Assembly: GCF_037042905.1 (NCBI RefSeq)
Contig: NC_087249.1
Span: 5,828,001-5,892,000, forward strand
DNA length: 64,000 nucleotides
Source: Lytechinus pictus
Lineage: Eukaryota
Direction of reading: 5' to 3'
Part shown: in pieces, positions 60,755-64,000 of the stretch
Layout of the letters: every line of letters starts with the position of its first letter
Numbering within the stretch: position 1 is the first letter of the stretch
Made by a program: the position numbers and the translations under genes
The notes under the pieces: generated by a model
The model's database searches: none
Told to the model about the DNA's origin: nothing
What the model saw: only the letters and a program-made list of their open reading frames with translations

Positions 60755-61353
60755 AAGGAAAACAAGTCCACCTCAGAAAAATGTTGATTTGAATAAGAAG
60801 AGAAAAATAAAACAAGCATAACGCTGAAAATTTCATCAAAATTTTGTGTAAAATAAGAAAGTTAAGACATTTAAAGTTTCGCTTATTTTTCACAAAAACA
60901 GTGATATGCACAACTCAGTGACATGAAAATGAGAAAGTCGATGATGTCCCTCACTATTTCTTTTGTTTTTTTAATTTGAATTAAACAATATTTTGTTTTC
61001 TACAGATTTTGACAATAAGTACCAACTTGATTGAACCATATAGTATTAAACAATGCCAATTCCCCATGCTCAGGGAGGAATTAGTTGTTGTTTCACTTGT
61101 TAATGAGGAGAAAATTAGAATATTTCATATAATAAAATACAAAAGAAATAAAATTGTGAGTGGATGACGTCATCAGATTCCTCATTTGCATACCGACCAG
61201 GACGTGCATATAACTGTTTTGTGAAATTAAGTGAAACTCTGAAATGTTATAACTTTCTTATTTTACATCCGATTTTGATAAAATTCTCAGTGTAATGCTT
61301 ATTTGATTTTTCTCTTATTCAAATCAATTTGTTGGGGTGGACTTGACCTTTAA
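60755..61353. mobile_element. Kolobok-like MITE with long imperfect TIRs
   Basis: CAAGTCCACCTCA..TTGATTTGAATAAGA ... TCTTATTCAAATCAA..GGGGTGGACTTGACCTTTAA. Fragments of related elements at ~8720-9260, ~12140-12395, 17850-18085 and 21005-21310. Confidence 0.8.
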
Positions 61354-64000
61354 GTATAGATGAATTATTTGTTTCCCATTATGGCTAATGTCAGTGAAGC
61401 CTTTGTTTAATTTGTCATTTAAATCACTGTTTCTACATGAAAACTATTAAAGCAGATCAGTTCACTGATTCCAAGAATTGACAAGATTTGACATCATTGT
61501 TGTGTGTGAATATTGGAAGCAGTGGCTTGTCTGGAGAATATGACAAACAGTGAAACATTGGCAAGTGTGGTGTCTATTGTATTCATTTGGTTTTATTAGT
61601 CCCATATATTAACATCGATGCACATTTTGTATGACCTGCTCTCATTTGTTTTGCCTTATTAGATTGTTTATAGAAACAAAAAAAAAGTTTTATGTGCATA
61701 CTTAGTTTTGTTAAAGCAATTAATATTTTAATTTTTCTTTGCAAAATGTAGTTGCAAGCAGATATTTTTATATTTTGTTTGGAATTTTTTTGAAGCAGTC
61801 TGGAACCATGTATGTATTTGTTGGATATGTCTCATAAAATTTTGCATTGTAACAGATTTGTCACTTCTATTAATCATGGATTGTTTTAATTATAGGAATA
61901 AGCTGAAATGTGTATATATATATATATCGTTATTTGATAGAAAAATGTATGATATGTACATATCATGTAAATATAAATGACATTGTAAAAGCCTGATTTA
62001 AAGCTTTAAAAGGTAATGAATCATCTTAAGTTCTTTTGTTTGAAAAGCTGGATAATATAGGTACTTCTATTTATTTGATATTGAGCGTGAAATACAAATA
62101 GCTTTGAATAGCAAAACAAAATTCAGTTGCAATTCATGAATTTATGGATATTGCTTGCCAATTTGAAGAATGTGGAAGAGGAAGTGATTTTCATTGCCTG
62201 AACGAAATGTAATATTCATCCTGTTTTGATTATGCAATAGTCAAAGGAATGGATCCCAAAACTGCATTCGAATTCTGTCCCTTAAATGTTTGGATTATTT
62301 ATTTAAAACCAACTCTTCATTTCATAAGCCTATTGCAGAATTAATACCCATCCTGAGCTGGTTTTGACTATTTAATCAGTAAGGTAATACAGTTATGTCT
62401 CTTTCTTTGCCATACGCCCCCGTTCTTGATTCATCAAGTAGATGAGATATTCTGTTTTTTTTTTAACCCAAACCCAATAAGCAGGCCTCCCAGACAAAAA
62501 AAAGCAAATGACATTGATGCAAATTTGCATAGAAAAGTCTGAAGCCAGTGCAAAATCAATTATTACACTCAATCTTGAAACTGACTTTTTACACCGATAT
62601 CAGTTTCAAGATCAGCTGCATCTTATACAGGACAGAAATTTTGAAAAAATAAAGATGATATAGACGCATCCAAGGAAGTGTGATCCTGCATATGGATATT
62701 GATATTCAAATGTAGGTGTGTGAAGGCCTCCACTCATCTTACGACTGGTCCACAATCCCATTGTAATGTGAGCATTGGCCTTTATATATATATATATATA
62801 TATATGTATGGATGTCCTAGGGATTGTATTTTCATGACTAGCAAAACCCAAATAAAAGATCATGATTGGGGTAATGACATTTTATATCCCAACATCCCAA
62901 TACTTGTAATAATAAAAAGGTTTCATGATTTATATGCGATAACCAAATGATTGCTTTAATCACCCCTACCCCCTTGATGGAAATGTGCCATTAATTGGAC
63001 AATATTACTCTCATGCAATTGTTTAGTTTTGTTCATTTATAAACACATTGGCCGATGAAACCCATGTTCCTATGTTTATGAAATGGTCCAATGTGTAATA
63101 AATTTGTCATAAGAACAAACCTTCAATAATGTGTGACAAAATGAAATAAGAGTAAAAGTACAAAGTATTATGAATGCACTCACCTTCATGTACCGAGGAA
63201 TATGCCAATGAATATTCCCGGTAACTTTTTGTTCCCATTTGGTTTGTTTCATTGTCTTTCTCTAGTTAATAAACACAAAACTATATTCAAACTAGCACTG
63301 GTGTATTAAGAGAAGAGAAAAGATTTTCCTTTTCCTTAATAAAGTGACAATTTCCAATCACATTCATGTCTATTTGTCCCTTTTTCTCCTTGTAGTCGAG
63401 CACTGTCTGTTGTAGTGACAAATATCGATTATATGACACCTACATGAAAATAGATCCTTGTCATTTGATTAGTTGTTCGATTTCGATCATTAAGTCCAAG
63501 TTTAATGCTATCATTTATACAATTCCGGATCTAACGATTTGTCTATTGTACGCATGCAGAGACCACTGGCACTACCTACGTATAAACACTCGTTTGTGTA
63601 ACTGTTACATGTACATGTAAGTGACAAGCAACAGCAGCATGCACCGCACACACTTTCATCCAATTTCAAAATGTCAAATATGACAAGGGTCTATTTTTAG
63701 GTGTCATATAACAAATAACAAATACAGAATTTTTTTTCTATTGGTGTGATGGACAGAATACTTCATTCAGGGAAAGATGAAATGATAATTTGCACTCCCC
63801 CCCCCAAAAAAAAAAAAGTTTTTACTTTCTCAAAGAAGTTTCATCTTCAGGTGCAGGCGTCATTTGGCTGTTTATAAATCAAGTAAAACTTTAAGCACAG
63901 CTGTGAGTAACTGGTTGACCTGGTGGGTGTTCCATAAAGCTGTTCGTAAGTTATGAGCGACTTTACGAGTGACTGGTGAACCTCAATTTTTAGGTGTTAA

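Noticed and set aside
57450-64000. Possible additional gene downstream of PARP
   Set aside because: Only AT-rich sequence and repeats, with no recognisable exon. It may be a long 3' UTR or intergenic DNA, and the poly(A) site cannot be chosen from sequence alone.

Overview
AT-rich, repeat-laden animal genomic DNA from a draft assembly with 5 N-gaps. The gene homologies and SINE/MITE repertoire suggest an invertebrate deuterostome, probably a sea urchin (inference). Two divergently transcribed spliced genes fill the window. (1) Minus strand: a BTBD1/BTBD2-type BTB-BACK-PHR gene, with coding exons 4404-5422, 3425-3512 and 1085-1231; the last exon is not visible. (2) Plus strand: a PARP6/PARP8-type mono-ADP-ribosyltransferase, reconstructed by hand as 22 GT-AG, phase-compatible coding exons from ATG 10025 to TGA 56600 (2295 nt, 764 aa). 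Most ORF-track entries are spurious. The introns carry two tRNA-derived SINE families, LINE 3' fragments, Helentron/HINE-like elements with tandem repeats, many TIR MITEs (some nested), minisatellites and one long perfect hairpin. The most notable observations are an inverted SINE pair flanking an in-frame, stop-free 1239-nt block of PARP exons (candidate circRNA), an AGGTCA/TGAGTCA-rich tandem array just after the PARP stop codon, and a PARP8-like N-terminus joined to a PARP6-like C-terminus. I found no unambiguous novel system; these are hypotheses to test. Protein comparisons are from memory, not database searches.
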